Of a stretch of 64,000 nt of DNA, positions 25,051-38,541 are shown one piece after another. The notes beneath the pieces were generated by a model. The model saw nothing but the letters and a program-made list of their open reading frames with translations, did no database searches and had not been told where the DNA came from. The stretch's first letter is position 1; every line of letters starts with the position of its first letter. The DNA is taken from assembly GCA_951406725.2 (NCBI GenBank), contig OX597825.1:23436001-23500000 (forward strand), in the 5' to 3' direction. Source of the stretch: Octopus vulgaris. Its lineage: Eukaryota. A program made the translations under genes and the position numbers.

Positions 25051-25501
25051 AATCCTTCAGTGAATTTTTGGATCCCTTTGCAAAATAAATCAAATTCCAT
25101 GAACATTGGAGAAAAGCCCTAGTGATTAAAGTGATTGATGACATCATGTTAATATATTTGTGATTACTAATGGAATTTGGTATTTGGTAAATAAGTCTCA
25201 GCATTTATATATTTATATAAGAGAATGATGTATGAGAGATAAATAGTATATGTCATTTTGATTGAGCTCATCTCAACAGCCGACCACCTCTTGCAAATCT
25301 AGGCACTGAAATGTCCTGTTGCTGGTACAAGCTTCCAGCTGCTGCAGTGATTTGTCACATTTGTAAGTAGTGGATTTTGATGCACTTTGGTGCATAGCTT
25401 CGGCTCCATTGGATCTGTGACAAAACTCTGTAGAAAAACGGATGTGGTGTACCAGACTGGAGATTATGACAGTTTTTTAAACTTTCAGATTTGTTAAAAG
25501 C

Positions 25502-25729
25502 TTAACCTGTTTGTTACCATATTCTTGTTGAGATGCTTTGTGTTTCTTTCAATTATTTTAAATATAACAAAGAATTTAGTAAAATAACTTAGTTATCATT
25601 AAGCTAGTGTTAGAAACATAAATTGTGACTAAGGTTTGGCGGAAGATTTTAATTCAAAACTTATGAAAACAAGGTATTTGTACCCAGAGCCAGAGCCGGT
25701 TTCAGCCGGATTGGTAACGTAAAGGTTAA
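25502..25729. mobile_element. piggyBac-type MITE
   Basis: TTAA|CCT...AGG|TTAA, homologous to 7857-8080. Confidence 0.8.
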
Positions 25730-25754
25730 TCTAATAATTCAACATTGATGTATC

Positions 25755-25928
25755 CAGTGGTTTCCAACCTTTTCACTACAATTGACATATCTTATTTAAA
25801 TTAATTTAAATAAAATTAATTTTTCTCATGAATACCAGGTTTTTGAAAAGTCCAAGTACTCAACTCAATTCACAGACATCCCTTTATGAACTCCCAGGTA
25901 TCCACATATCTCAGGCTGTGAACCACTG
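25755..25928. mobile_element. hAT (Charlie/MER5-like) MITE, old
   Basis: TIRs CAGTGGTTTCCAACC and GGCTGTGAACCACTG. TSD is degenerate. Confidence 0.6.
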
Positions 25929-26271
25929 TTGTATGACATCATAAAAATGTTTTAATGCTTGGCTGATTCTTGGCAAAATTTCTGTGCCTAGGGTACTGTC
26001 AAAAGGTTGTTACACCTCCCAAGTATATGAACGAGTCAATTACTTTCAGCTGTGCATTGTAAATACATAAACTGTAAGGATTCTGGAGGACATATGTTTT
26101 GCAGAGGCAGATTACCAAACAACATGTTCTAGGTTTTCCTACATGTAGGATTATTCTCTACACATCATAGGCGCAGGTGTGGCTGTGTGATAAGAAACCT
26201 GCTTCCCAACCACATGATTCCAGGTTCAGTCTAACCATCCAACCCATGCCAGCATGGACAACAGATGTTAA

Positions 26272-26306
<35 letters not shown>

Positions 26307-26330
26307 ATATATATATATGTATGTATATAT

Positions 26331-26718
26331 AGGCATAGGAGTGGCTGTGTGGTAAGTAGCTTGCTTACCAACCAATTGGTTCCGGGTTCAGTCCCACTGC
26401 GTGGCACTTTGGGCAAGTGTCTTCTACTATAGCCTCGGGCCGACCAAAGCCTTGTGAGTGGATTTGGTAGACGGAAACTGGAAGAAGCCCGTCGTATATA
26501 TGTATATATATGTACGTGTGTCTGTGTTTATCCCCCCACCATTGCTTGACAACCGATGGTGGTGTGTTTACATCCCCGTAACTTAGCGGTTCAGCAAAAG
26601 AGACTGATAGAATAAGTACTAGGCTTACAAAGAATAAGTGCTGGGGTCGATTTACTCGACTGAAAGGCGGTACTCCAGCATGGCCGCAGTCAAATGACTG
26701 AAGCAAGTAAAAAAAAAA
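26331..26718 (+). mobile_element. SINE family A
   Basis: Family A copy, preceded by a truncated A head (26169-26230) and an RTE tail. Confidence 0.9.
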
Positions 26719-27459
26719 TATATACACACATATACACACACACACACTCATGTATCTATAAGTATTTATGTGGATATCTTTGCATGCCTGTGTGTATTTG
26801 TGTGTGTGTGTGTGTGTATGCCAAAATATATGTTTCTTGCAAATGGAATATAAAATTGTAGAATCCAACTAAAAATGTCTTTCTAATGTAAGATTCTTTT
26901 AGAAAGTTGCTCTGTTTCGTTTCTGGTCTCATTGCTTTTACTGTATGAAGTTTGACAAACTGAAAAATTATTTCAACTATGTCGGCTTCTGTTATATTTA
27001 CTGGAAAATATTTCTTTAATGATATTGCAGTTTATCCTCAAAAGGAAAACAAAAAAAAAATTAATTTTCTTTTCTACTTTTGTAAAATCAATTTTAAATA
27101 AAAAAAACCCAAAAAAAATCTAAATGATAGGAAGAAAAAAAGTAAATATTTTGGTTTTCAAAAATATAGTTCTTTTAAGTTGTGTATCTTAGTAAATAAA
27201 GAGAAACGTTATGTTTGGAAGCAGTGAAGTTGTACGCATCCAGAAAATTTGATGTTTATGTGAAAATTTCATGTATCATGCTTAGCGAACTATGAAAATG
27301 ATAATTCAAAGCAGAAATAATATTCTATTTTTTTCCTGTAGGTAAACAGTATCGAAAATAAAATATTCTAAAAATGACAAAGAAGAGAATGACATTGTTT
27401 CCATGCAATTGTATTGAGACCATGATTCTTACGTTCTGCAATTTTTATGTTACTTTCAG

Positions 27460-27501
27460 GGAAATAAGTTAGTTTCGAATATTGATAGGATTGTTTTCAA
27501 A
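27460..27501 (+). CDS. Candidate 42-nt cassette exon (phase 0-0), GNKLVSNIDRIVFK
   Basis: ttctgcaatttttatgttactttcAG|GGA...TTC AAA|GTTAGT. In frame between exons 16335-16461 and 38542-38772. Confidence 0.3.
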
Positions 27502-27564
27502 GTTAGTCATAAGTAATCTCTTTTCTTTGTATAAGTACTAAAACTATTCACATGTAAAATTCTT

Positions 27565-27574
27565 CTACTACTAC

Positions 27575-27619
<45 letters not shown>

Positions 27620-27630
27620 TATTATTAATA

Positions 27631-27693
<63 letters not shown>

Positions 27694-27722
27694 TTGATAA
27701 TAATAATAAAAAAATAATGATG

Positions 27723-27783
<61 letters not shown>

Positions 27784-27802
27784 TAATAATAATAAAATAA
27801 TG

Positions 27803-27836
<34 letters not shown>

Positions 27837-27970
27837 TAATAATAATAATAATAATAATAATAATATTAATAATGATAATGATAATAATAATAATGATAAT
27901 AATAATAATGATGATGATGATGATAATATTATTACTATTATTATTATTGTTGTTATTGTTATTATTGTTG

Positions 27971-28004
<34 letters not shown>
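27565..28004. repeat. Compound (ATT)n-(AAT)n-(ATT)n microsatellite
   Basis: The trinucleotide tract switches strand at ~27626 and ~27928. Confidence 0.95.
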
Positions 28005-28464
28005 CCGATGCTTTTTTTGTTCTACCATGAAGTCAGTGTAGGTATATTTGCTGGAATTTCTTGCTTGTATCGGAACTAGAATAACTGTAATAAGATTAAA
28101 AGCGTTGACAGATCAAGAAACGGAAAAAAAACCCCAAAAAAACAAACTAAAATATAGTTTGCTGTGGATTATCTCATTTTCTTTTTCATATAAAATACAT
28201 CAGCTGTTGGCTTAGTTAAGTAGGAGAGATTGAAGTTTGTATGATGCCAAGTAAATATAGTATTTAAACAAATATAGATGAGATTTCTATTATACTATGG
28301 TTGAGGAAATCCACCCCTGTTCCCACCCCCAGCTCCCTGTTTAAATCAAAATAGTTACCTACACTATAGCTTCTCCATTGTAGTTGAGAAGTTACTGTAA
28401 TAAGTTATCGAAATTTGTACTTCAAAGCAAAACAGTTTTTGATGATGGTTTCTGATTTTGGCAC

Positions 28465-28657
28465 AAGGCCAGCAATTTCAGAGAAAGGGTTAAATTGAAT
28501 ACATTGATCCCAGTGCTCAACTGGTATCTATTTTATCAACGCCGAAAGGATGAAAGGCAAAGTTGACCTCGGCAGAATTTGAACTCTGAGCACAAAGATA
28601 CACAGAATGCCACTATGCAGTTTGCTCAGCATGCTAACAATTCTGCCAGCTTGCCAC
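28465..28657 (-). mobile_element. SINE family B, diverged
   Basis: GAAAGGATGAAAGGCAAAGTTGACCTCGGCAGAATTTGAACTC. Confidence 0.75.
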
Positions 28658-28844
28658 ATTCATACAACTGTTAATAATAGTTTGTGACATGTTGGGTTAA
28701 GAGTCACTTGAATGACAAAATGGTAGAAAGCTGCCCGTAATTGATAGCACATCTCTCACGGTTACAGAAAATGTGTGGTTTGTGTCCCATGAGTAACTTG
28801 TGGACTTTTACTCCATCCAATTGGTTTTTAACTCAGAATTTTTT

Positions 28845-29131
28845 TTTATGTGCCCTTTTCAAGCCTAGCCAGGGTCATGGGCCCGGTTTCCTGGTTTCTA
28901 TGGCATATGTCTTCCCCCCAGCTGGACGGGACGCCAGTCTATTGTAGCATTACTCAAGAAACAGGAAGAGAGAGTAAGAGAAAGTTGTGGTGAAAGAGTA
29001 CAACAGGGAGCCTCGTGGAGCTTTTAGGTGTTTTCGCTCAATAAACACACACAATGCCCGGTCTGGGAATCGAAACCGCGATCCTCTGACCGCTAGTCCG
29101 CTGCCCTAACCACTGAGCCATTGCACCTCCT
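28845..29131 (-). mobile_element. SINE family C
   Basis: tRNA-like head on the minus strand at 29060-29131. Confidence 0.85.
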
Positions 29132-30097
29132 TAATGCAGTATGCTCCACACAATTATTTATAGTTACATTTGCTTTGAAATACACCATCAAGATAGTATT
29201 TACATTTTTCTCAATGTTTTTATTGTTATATTCTAAATGTAGAGAATACTGTCATAATATTGCCATGAATCTTGTAACATTATGGTCTATCATGATCAAG
29301 TTAGTTTGATGGCTCCCATTCCTCTTTAGAAATGGGATTCATAGGAGTTGTTGAAGTCAGCCCTGCCTGCTTATGAAACACCGTCTATTTTATTGTACTG
29401 TTATACTGAGGTGTCCTTATCCTAACTGACATGTTCACAGCTCAGTGGTTTTAGACATTTGAGAGCTAAGTGTCTTAGACATTGACACGATGCAGCACCA
29501 CAGGCTAGAAACAAACTGTCACTTCCTTGACTTGTTTCTTGTCATGTACTCTATCAAAGTAGACATCCGTGATTGCAATAATGCTTGTACAACATTACAT
29601 TACGCTGAAGTAAAATGGTTGTCAAAAGTTTAATCTGATTTGCTCACAAGTAATGATTCATTGATGAAGCTAAAATTATTTGAAGTAAACAAAATAAATG
29701 ATAGGCCTGTTTCTATCAGTGATTGGCAGTCGATTGAGTCTGTGAAGTGTCTGCAACGCCCTTTTATTCTGTCACTGCTTTCCTTGCTGTAAAAGTATGA
29801 GACATTTGTTGGTTGTGTAATTGTATTTTTACAATTGCTGGTTCAAATCATATTGGCAAGAAGTTTTAATCTTGTTACAAGAAGATCCAGTGGAAAGGTT
29901 GTTAGGATGTTAGATGAAGAGAACTCTGAGGAAGTGCAACATCAGACTCAAAGACACCAAGGATGCTACTCCTGACCGAACCAATTCTCAGTAGCTGTGT
30001 GGAGACAAAGTTCATATTTTGGGAATGGAGAGGGCAATCAGAGGACAATGGCAGAGGCCCAGAAGTGATGCAACTATGTGTGTAGCATACTGAGTTA

Positions 30098-30225
30098 AGG
30101 AGGCGCAATGGTCCAGTGATTAGGGAAGCAGACTAGCGGTCGGAGGATCACGGTTTCGATTCCCAGACTGGGCGTTGTGTGTGTTTATCGAGCAAAAATA
30201 CCACCTAAAAGCTCCATGACACTCC
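30098..30225 (+). mobile_element. SINE family C, head only
   Basis: GGAGGCGCAATGGTCCAGTGATTAGGG...GGTTTCGATTCCC. Confidence 0.8.
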
Positions 30226-30449
30226 AGCACTACTACCACTACTGCTACCATCACCACATATACATGTCCCATCTACACTAGAGCTTGTGGGTTTAAGAGC
30301 GGACACATCAGCTATCCAAGATCTCACTGTAATGTATAGTGGTTCAATCATAACATTTGTAACCTATTTTAGTGTTATTACAGCCCTAACACACAGTACT
30401 GTCATTTGTTACTTATTGTACTATAATTACAGCTCTAATATATATTACT

Positions 30450-30790
30450 ATGGAAATTGTAGTTGTGATACCTGTGCCGGTGGCACGTAAAAAGCACCAT
30501 CCGAACGCCGCCCTGACTGACTTATGTGCCGGTGGCATGTAAAAAGCACCAACCGATTGTGGCTGCTGCCAGCCTCGCCTGTCACCTGTGCTGGTGGCAT
30601 GTAAAAAGCACCCACTACACTCATGGACTGGTTGGTGTTAGGAAGGGCATCCAGTTGTGGAAGCACTGCCAGATCAGACTGGAGCCTGGTACAGCCTCCT
30701 GGCTTCCCAGACCCTGATCGATCCCTCCAACCTGTGCTAGCATGGAAAGCGGACGTTAAACGATGATGAGGATGATGATGATGATGATGA
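30450..30790 (+). mobile_element. RTE-type 3' end with (GAT)n tail
   Basis: Close match to 61148-61497. Confidence 0.85.
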
Positions 30791-30899
30791 CATTATGTTT
30801 ATTTATTCATCTTGTTTTTCTTACATAAAAATTCTGATATTACATCTATCTAGATCTTTATTAACTTTTTAAAATCTATATTTTTTTTTTCACCAGGTC

Positions 30900-31375
30900 A
30901 AAGGACTACCTCACATCTGAGGTCATTTTGTGTCCAAGTCCGCAATTCATCCTTGTATGGAATTCTGTTGCCATATTTGGGCAGATGCACCGTTTTGTCA
31001 CTTGGATCTCTTTGGCCAGGTTCAGAAGCGAATTCCTAATTTGATCGGTTCCTCTCTTGCGTCAACTCTGCAACCCTTGTCACATCGACATAATACCCTC
31101 AGTCTTAGTTTTTTCTATCATTATTACCACAGAAAGTGCTCTGATGATCTTTTAGTCTTGGACCACTTTGTGCTGTCTCACCCAACTTGAGACCCATAGC
31201 GTCTTCATACAAATGCTGTTGTGCTTCCATGAATATGGAAGTCTTCTTTCTATGGTTATGGCTTTTATTTTTGAACTACCAGACTTTGGAATTCTTTTCC
31301 ATCTCTTTGTCTTTCCCCTTCTTATAACCTGAACTCATCAAAGCCTAAAGTAAATCCGTTCCTTTCACCTTAATT
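30900..31375 (+). mobile_element. Degraded CR1/Jockey-group LINE ORF2 C-terminus
   Basis: KSAIHPCMEFCCHIWADAP..LDLFGQVQKRIPNLIG (IRPxMEYCxxxW...LDxVQxR pattern), later TRLWNSFP. Confidence 0.75.
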
Positions 31376-32566
31376 TTTCCTTCTTCATGGTCATTTCTTC
31401 TCACCTCCCAATCTTGAAAAATTAAACTAAAGGTTCTGATGAACATGCAGTTAGTCAAGCATAAAAATCATTAAAAAATAACTGTTTCATAAATTTGGAT
31501 GAAACTTGGTGATAGGGTGTAATGATTATTGGTGTACAGTTGTGCTTGCAGTTTTTACCTGTGGATTTTTATCTGTTAACATGTCATTATTACATGCTCA
31601 GGTAAATTAAACGCAGGACAGTTGATTACAGGTAGGTGTTTTCTCATATATTTACAAGATATGCACTGGTGTGACTGCATAGGTGCAGTCATGGCTTTGT
31701 GGTTCTGGACTTAGCAACAATCACAGCTTTTATGCAGTGCAGGGTTTTAAAAGTTAATGTTTGCAGTCTCAAACATTAAACTTTTACCACCGAAAGACTT
31801 GTATGATTCTTCACCAGAAATGCCAATAACATGGTATTTATTCTAAATGGAACTTAAGAAACTGTCTAGTCTTGAAAAGTTATTATGAGTGCAGAACTCA
31901 TTAGCATCAAAAGCTATTCAGACTGACACAATGGTTTCAACGATAACATTGTACTGGACACTTGGCAGAAAGAATTAACATGAGAAAGTGCCACAGCTAT
32001 TTTACAGGAAAAATTAACCGATCTTGAAATAATGTAGAAATTATTCAAGAAGAAACGAATTTACTTTGATAATCAAACTGTGATCCGATTCTAGTTTCAA
32101 AGCTCTCTCTGTCAGAATCAAGATAAAATGAGGTTACTAACTATAGAGATTACTGATATGTCAGATACAAAGTTGTGTTTAAATTGAATTTATGGCATGT
32201 AGGACCCGTAAAGTCCAGTGCAGATCAATTTCATTCTACTCATCCTTTATGACATTTATGAAATGTCGCCTCTCTATAAAAATGCGAATGTTTAAAGTGG
32301 TTTTGACTACGAGTCATGCCAGCTGGTCAGAAAGTAGCCAGTAAGTCTGGTTAATAAACTTAGTTTGTTGTATCCAGTGCAGTTATGCAACTACTTAATA
32401 CTTCCATGGATTAACTGTGGTGGAAAACAAATTCTTAATTGGATTGGGTTGCTGCGCAGTTTCCTGACCAAAGAATTTGGCATGAAGAGTTTTAGTTTCA
32501 GCAATCTCCTTCCATTAGCTAATTAGAAACCCTATTTTGTTTTTTTTATATTTGTTAAAGTTTATT

Positions 32567-33923
32567 GCTTACAGCAGTACTTTTCAAACTTTTTGCTGGA
32601 GTGGAACCCCAAGGAAACATTCCACTGGCTCGAGGAACTCCTGTGCAATAATTTAATAGTCTTATGCACACATATCTGCACAGGAGAATTAAAAATTACT
32701 GCCGATTTTAGCAGTTTTGTAACTTCTTGCCGAACCGCTGGACTGTACTGGCAGAACCCTGGTTGAAAACCACTGGCTTACAGTACTTTCCAAACATTTT
32801 GCTGAAACATTCCACTGGCTCGAGGAACTCCTGTGCAATAATTTAATTGTCTTATGCACACATATCTGCACAGGAGAATTAAAAATTACTGCCGATTTTA
32901 GCAGTTTTGTAACTTCTTGCCGAACCGCTGGACTGTACTGGCAGAACCCTGGTTGAAAACCACTGGCTTACAGTACTTTCCAAACTTTTTGCTGAAACAT
33001 TCCACTGGCTCGAGGAACTCCTGTGCAATAATTTAATTGTCTTATGCACACATATCTGCACAGGAGAATTAAAAATTACTGCCGATTTTAGCAGTTTTGT
33101 AACTTCTTGCCGAACCGCTGGACTGTACTGGCAGAACCCTGGTTGAAAACCACTGGCTTACAGTACTTTCCAAACTTTTTGCTGAAACATTCCACTGGCT
33201 CGAGGAACTCCTGTGCAATAATTTAATTGTCTTATGCACACATATCTGCACAGGAGAATTAAAAATTACTGCCGATTTTAGCAGTTTTGTAACTTCTTGC
33301 CGAACCGCTGGACTGTACTGGCAGAACCCTGGTTGAAAACCACTGGCTTACAGTACTTTCCAAACTTTTTGCTGAAACATTCCACTGGCTCGAGGAACTC
33401 CTGTGCAATAATTTAATTGTCTTATGCACACATATCTGCACAGGAGAATTAAAAATTACTGCCGATTTTAGCAGTTTTGTAACTTCTTGCCGAACCGCTG
33501 GACTGTACTGGCAGAACCCTGGTTGAAAACCACTGGCTTACAGTACTTTCCAAACTTTTTGCTGAAACATTCCACTGGCTCGAGGAACTCCTGTGCAATA
33601 ATTTAATTGTCTTATGCACACATATCTGCACAGGAGAATTAAAAATTACTGCCGATTTTAGCAGTTTTGTAACTTCTTGCCGAACCGCTGGACTGTACTG
33701 GCAGAACCCTGGTTGAAAACCACTGGCTTACAGTACTTTCCAAACTTTTTGCTGAAACATTCCACTGGCTCGAGGAACTCCTGTGCAATAATTTAATTGT
33801 CTTATGCACACATATCTGCACAGGAGAATTAAAAATTACTGCCGATTTTAGCAGTTTTGTAACTTCTTGCCGAACCGCTGGACTGTACTGGCAGAACCCT
33901 GGTTGAAAACCACTGGCTTACAG
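32567..33923. repeat. 7-copy tandem array (190-bp period) of a hAT-type MITE
   Basis: Imperfect TIRs CAGTACTTTTCAAAC and GGTTGAAAACCACTG, with the 8-bp direct repeat GCTTACAG at 32567-32574 and 33916-33923. Units start at 32575, 32781, 32971, 33161, 33351, 33541 and 33731. Confidence 0.95.
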
Positions 33924-34843
33924 TCTCAGATAGAATGCAATTAGAAATAACCCCAACCATTCATTTGATCTGTTATCTACTTTTAATTTCAATCTTATAA
34001 CTATTTTATTGTGTTCTACTCTTCATTTTTTTAAACATTATTTCATTTCTAGAGAGTTTGTTTTATTATTTTCTTTCCCCCCTTTATGAATTTGGTTTTT
34101 AACATTTTCCACTGACTAGTTAAAAAACACACTACCCCGTAACAAAATCAAAAAATTTTTCTATTTTTACATATGAAAATTTTGTTTCTAATATATTCTT
34201 ATTACATTATCGAAATTTCTTTTTGAACTGCAGGGCAAATATTCTATGCACTCCATAGACCAGAATCCTTGATATTATCCTTTTTTCTTTTTTGTGAATA
34301 TCATAAAGGACAAGTAAAATAAAATTGATTTGCACTGAAGCTTATTGGTTTTATACACCATAAATTCAATTTAAACGTTACATTGTACCTGATATAGTTA
34401 GTAACTTATACTAATAAACTAGCATTGGAAATTCTAAGTGATTTATTGTCATTTCTGATAGAGTACATACATTTATGATTAGGTTTGGTTAATAGTTACA
34501 AATAGCATATTCATGTACATCTAATGAAGAGCGTGGAGGAGGTGGGCATTGCTGGGTTGCCGAATTGATTTTCGTTTTCATTGCTTTTAGGCAAACCAGT
34601 AGAGTTTAATAAAGAAGAATTTTATTACTTGAAATCTGTATTAAAAGCACCTAAGTAGAGTGGTGCTCAGTCATCGTGAAAATATTTAATTTTTATCAAT
34701 ACACACGCATCATGCAGACACACATATTTACATCATATACGCAAGCAGAAACTTGTCCCCCCCCACACTCTTTCTTTCTTTCTTTCTGTATGTATATATA
34801 TTGATATAGATATACACATACATACATATATATATATATATAT

Positions 34844-34884
<41 letters not shown>

Positions 34885-34985
34885 GCGGCAGCCTTTGGGC
34901 TGAAACATTTTTAAGGATTTAAGGATATATATATATCTACACACACATACATACATACATACATACATAATACATACATACACAC

Positions 34986-35017
<32 letters not shown>

Positions 35018-35132
35018 GTATATATATACACATATGCATGATATATATATATACATGCATATATATATATATACACATACAATTACTCACAGACACCTGT
35101 ACATACACATGTATGTAATGCATATATATACT

Positions 35133-35167
<35 letters not shown>

Positions 35168-35616
35168 TCACACACACATATACATTCACACACACACACA
35201 TATATATATACATGTACATACACACATGCATGCATATATATGCACGGTGTGTGTGTGTGTGTACTGGATCATGCAAAAAGGAGTACAGATAGTTTTCATA
35301 GAGCCCTTGGCGGTTATGAATACAGTGTAAGAAATGGAGAGAATAAAAAGATTTCAGAGTTTATCGATGGTTATGGTTTGTTAAACTGTAATATTCCAAT
35401 TCCAGAAAGCAGCTAATAATCTTGTTATATATCAGCTGGGTCAACATCACTATGCTCCCTAAAACATGTTACCCCCAGGATAAATTTTTAGCTCTTCATT
35501 TTCATTTTATATTACCTCCTTGCTCTACACCCACCCACCACCATATATTTACTGTAGATCACTTCTGACTTATTCTTGTAAATCCCTAACACTGCTTTTC
35601 ACTTTCCATCCTATTA

Positions 35617-35849
35617 CCTATTTCTTTACTACCCACAAGGGGCCAAATACAGAGAGGACAAACAAGGACAGACAAACGGATCATATCGATTACATCGACC
35701 CCAGTGCGCAACTGGTACTTATTTAATCGACCCCGAAAGGATGAAAGGCAAAGTCGACCTCAGTGGAATTTGAACTCAGAACGTACCGGCAGATGAAATA
35801 CCGCTAAGCATTTCGCCCGGCGTGCTAACGATTCTGCCAGCTTGCCACC
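35617..35849 (-). mobile_element. SINE family B
   Basis: Reverse complement of family B. Confidence 0.85.
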
Positions 35850-36046
35850 TATTACCTACTTTCATCTTACCTTTCCTTCATGCCCCTCATTACTCACCCA
35901 TGACCCACCCATTTATAATGTTAGGTAGTACTGTATTTCCTCCTATTCAACCTTCCTCACCATTCTTATCATTTACTTACTCTTTCAACCCCTAACTTTT
36001 CGCATTTCACTTTCCCTCCTAATAACCCCTTCCTGAACACTGTCTC

Positions 36047-36115
36047 TGTTGTCAAGCGATGAGGTGGGGACAAACACAGACACACAAATACATGCACACA
36101 CACACACATGCACAC

Positions 36116-36146
<31 letters not shown>

Positions 36147-36308
36147 AATATATGATGGGCTTCTTTCAGTTTCTGTCTACCAAATCCAACCATAAGGTTT
36201 TGATCGGCCTGAGGCTATAGTAATAGACACTTGCCCAAGGTGCCGTGCAGTGGGACTGAACCCGGAACCATGTGGTTGGGAAGCAAGCTTCTTACTACTC
36301 CTGCGCCT
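36047..36308 (-). mobile_element. SINE family A, 5' part
   Basis: Reverse complement of the family A head and core. Confidence 0.85.
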
Positions 36309-36479
36309 AGTATCAGTCACCTTGGTAACAATGTAATACTGCCACATGGAATTTATACAATTAAAGCTACATTGAATTGGTAGTTTAGTTGGAAGCATTT
36401 AGAATTTTCCCCCCCAACCTTTCTTTATTATTGTTTTGCTTACAAACATTGGCATTTAATATTCTAAATGAATAATATC

Positions 36480-36667
36480 TATGAGGGGGAACTGAAAAGT
36501 TCTTGGCTTTAAGGGTAACACAAAAGGCCCAACCTTCTGAGTTCTTTTACAGGGCCCAGAAAAAAACTGGAGGACCACTGCAATAAGTGTGTGAATCTGA
36601 GAGGGGAATATGATCTTCCAGTATTTTCTTTTACTTAAAGCCAGAAAAAATTTAGCACCTCCTTATA
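36480..36667 (+). mobile_element. mariner-derived MITE / internal deletion derivative
   Basis: TA-flanked imperfect TIRs TGAGGGGGAACTGAAAAGTTCTTGGCTTT and AAAGCCAGAAAAAATTTAGCACCTCCTTA. Internal KKLEDHCNKCVNLRGEY resembles the mariner C-terminus. Confidence 0.75.
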
Positions 36668-36878
36668 CATCACTCTCACTAGTCTGTGATGGCCAGAAAT
36701 GGTCGTAGGCACTGCCGCTATCTCCTTTGAGTAACAGATAAGCACAAATATTTAATGGTCTGGGTCATTGAGTCATTAATAGTTATAATGTGGTGGTGAT
36801 ACAGCTTATTGCTGTGAAATCATGGGAGAACAATCCAAAATTGACATGTCTCATAGCCCTTTGATAATTTATTTCATA

Positions 36879-37260
36879 CTAACACTATGACCCGGCATTG
36901 CTGGTCCATAGTGCTAGTGCATGCATATACAGCTGTGTGCATGCGCACATACACGCGAGTACTGTCCAAATCTCCGACCAATCACATACAGCTAGCTGGC
37001 ATTCAATTGGTGTATCAAGTTTTGGGCATTTTGATTGGGTTTTGGATAGAAAATTCACAAAAAAGTCACTTCTTTTGATTTTTTTAATGGCTTTGTGGGG
37101 TGGCTGGGGAAATGTAAAGATGTGCACGACCACCCTTGGACGGTTTTTGAATGACCATAGAAAGTGCGAGCCCTCTAACTGAAAAATTGTGGATTTGTAT
37201 AAAGGACATGCACGCACACACACACACACACAGACATTTTGCCATTTATATATTTAGAGA
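36879..37260 (-). mobile_element. Non-autonomous Helitron, family H2
   Basis: Minus strand A|TCTCTAAATATATAAA...AGCAATGCCGGG...GTTAG|T. Ends resemble H1 but the interior differs. Confidence 0.75.
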
Positions 37261-38219
37261 TATGGGTGGCGGTTTTGAAACAGAGTTCATCATCAAGTCA
37301 ACTGCGTTAATAAAAAATTCAAGGTAAATTTTCATTTAGGCATGCTATTAAGAAAGTCCTGCTGGTTACAGTTTGCTCATAACTGGTTTCTCTTGTGATG
37401 GCTCACAAATGGTTGGAAAGAAAGTCTTCTGTGATGACTCAGTAAAGTTATGGCTCTTGCAACTGTTTCAATGTAGAAACTCATATTCTATTCTAATTCA
37501 AACAAAATACTTGAAATGTATTTGGTGGATGTAAGCAGTGTTTATTCATGTCTTTATTCTTTTACAGGAAGTTATGTTTCTGTGATTCTGATGTAATTCA
37601 TTTATTATATTCTGTTTTATTTAGATATTACTAAAGTTCTTTGTAGTAAATTTGCCATGTCCATGTATGCACACACAGATGCACACATACATAAAATGTG
37701 GACACACATATACATTGAAACTCTACCACACACACACAGACAGATACACACACACAGACACACATGCACACACACACAGACACAGACAGACAGATACACA
37801 CACTCTCTCTCACACACACACACAGACACAGACAGACAGATACACACACTCTCTCACACACACACACAGACAGATACCTACACAGACACAGATAGACATA
37901 CACACACACTCACACACATACACTCACTCACACACACCAATTAGCCAGGTTATACATGTTTTGCTTCTCTGTACATAACATAATTGTATTTTATCCATGG
38001 TGCCTCAAATTTATTGCATGTTTTTCACTTCTCACATGATACAGTTAGACTTAGTAAAGTCTGAGAATAAGATTACTGGAATTGTAATGGAAAATAATTA
38101 TTTTAATGCTGCTTATACATGACAGTTAAGTTGTTTATGCTTAAATATTAATATAATATGATAAATCTACACAACATGATTATTCTGAAGTGTGTGTATA
38201 TATATATATATATATATAA

Positions 38220-38400
38220 AAAACACCCACTACACTCGCGGAGTGGTTGGCGTTAGGAAGGGCATCCAGCTGTAGAAACACTGCCAGACTAGACTGGAGC
38301 CTGGGGCAGTCCCGAGCTCCCCAGACCCCGGTCGAAACCGTCCAACCCGTGCTAGCGCGGAAAACGGACGTTAAACGATGATGATGATGATGATGATGAT
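38220..38400 (+). mobile_element. RTE-type 3' end
   Basis: Tail family ending in (GAT)n. Confidence 0.85.
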
Positions 38401-38541
38401 ATATATATATATATATACATAACAAAGTTTTGTGACTTTTGTTTGTAAAAGCACAAATAATTCATGGTATTTTATATAGATGAGAACTGTATTGCTGTCT
38501 AACCCTTGAATTAATATTTAATTAAATATATTTGTCTTTAG

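Noticed and set aside
32567-33923. Regular array as a CRISPR, or six tandem 60-aa genes
   Set aside because: Units are identical with no unique spacers and no cas genes. TIRs and TSD identify a MITE, so the ORFs are incidental.
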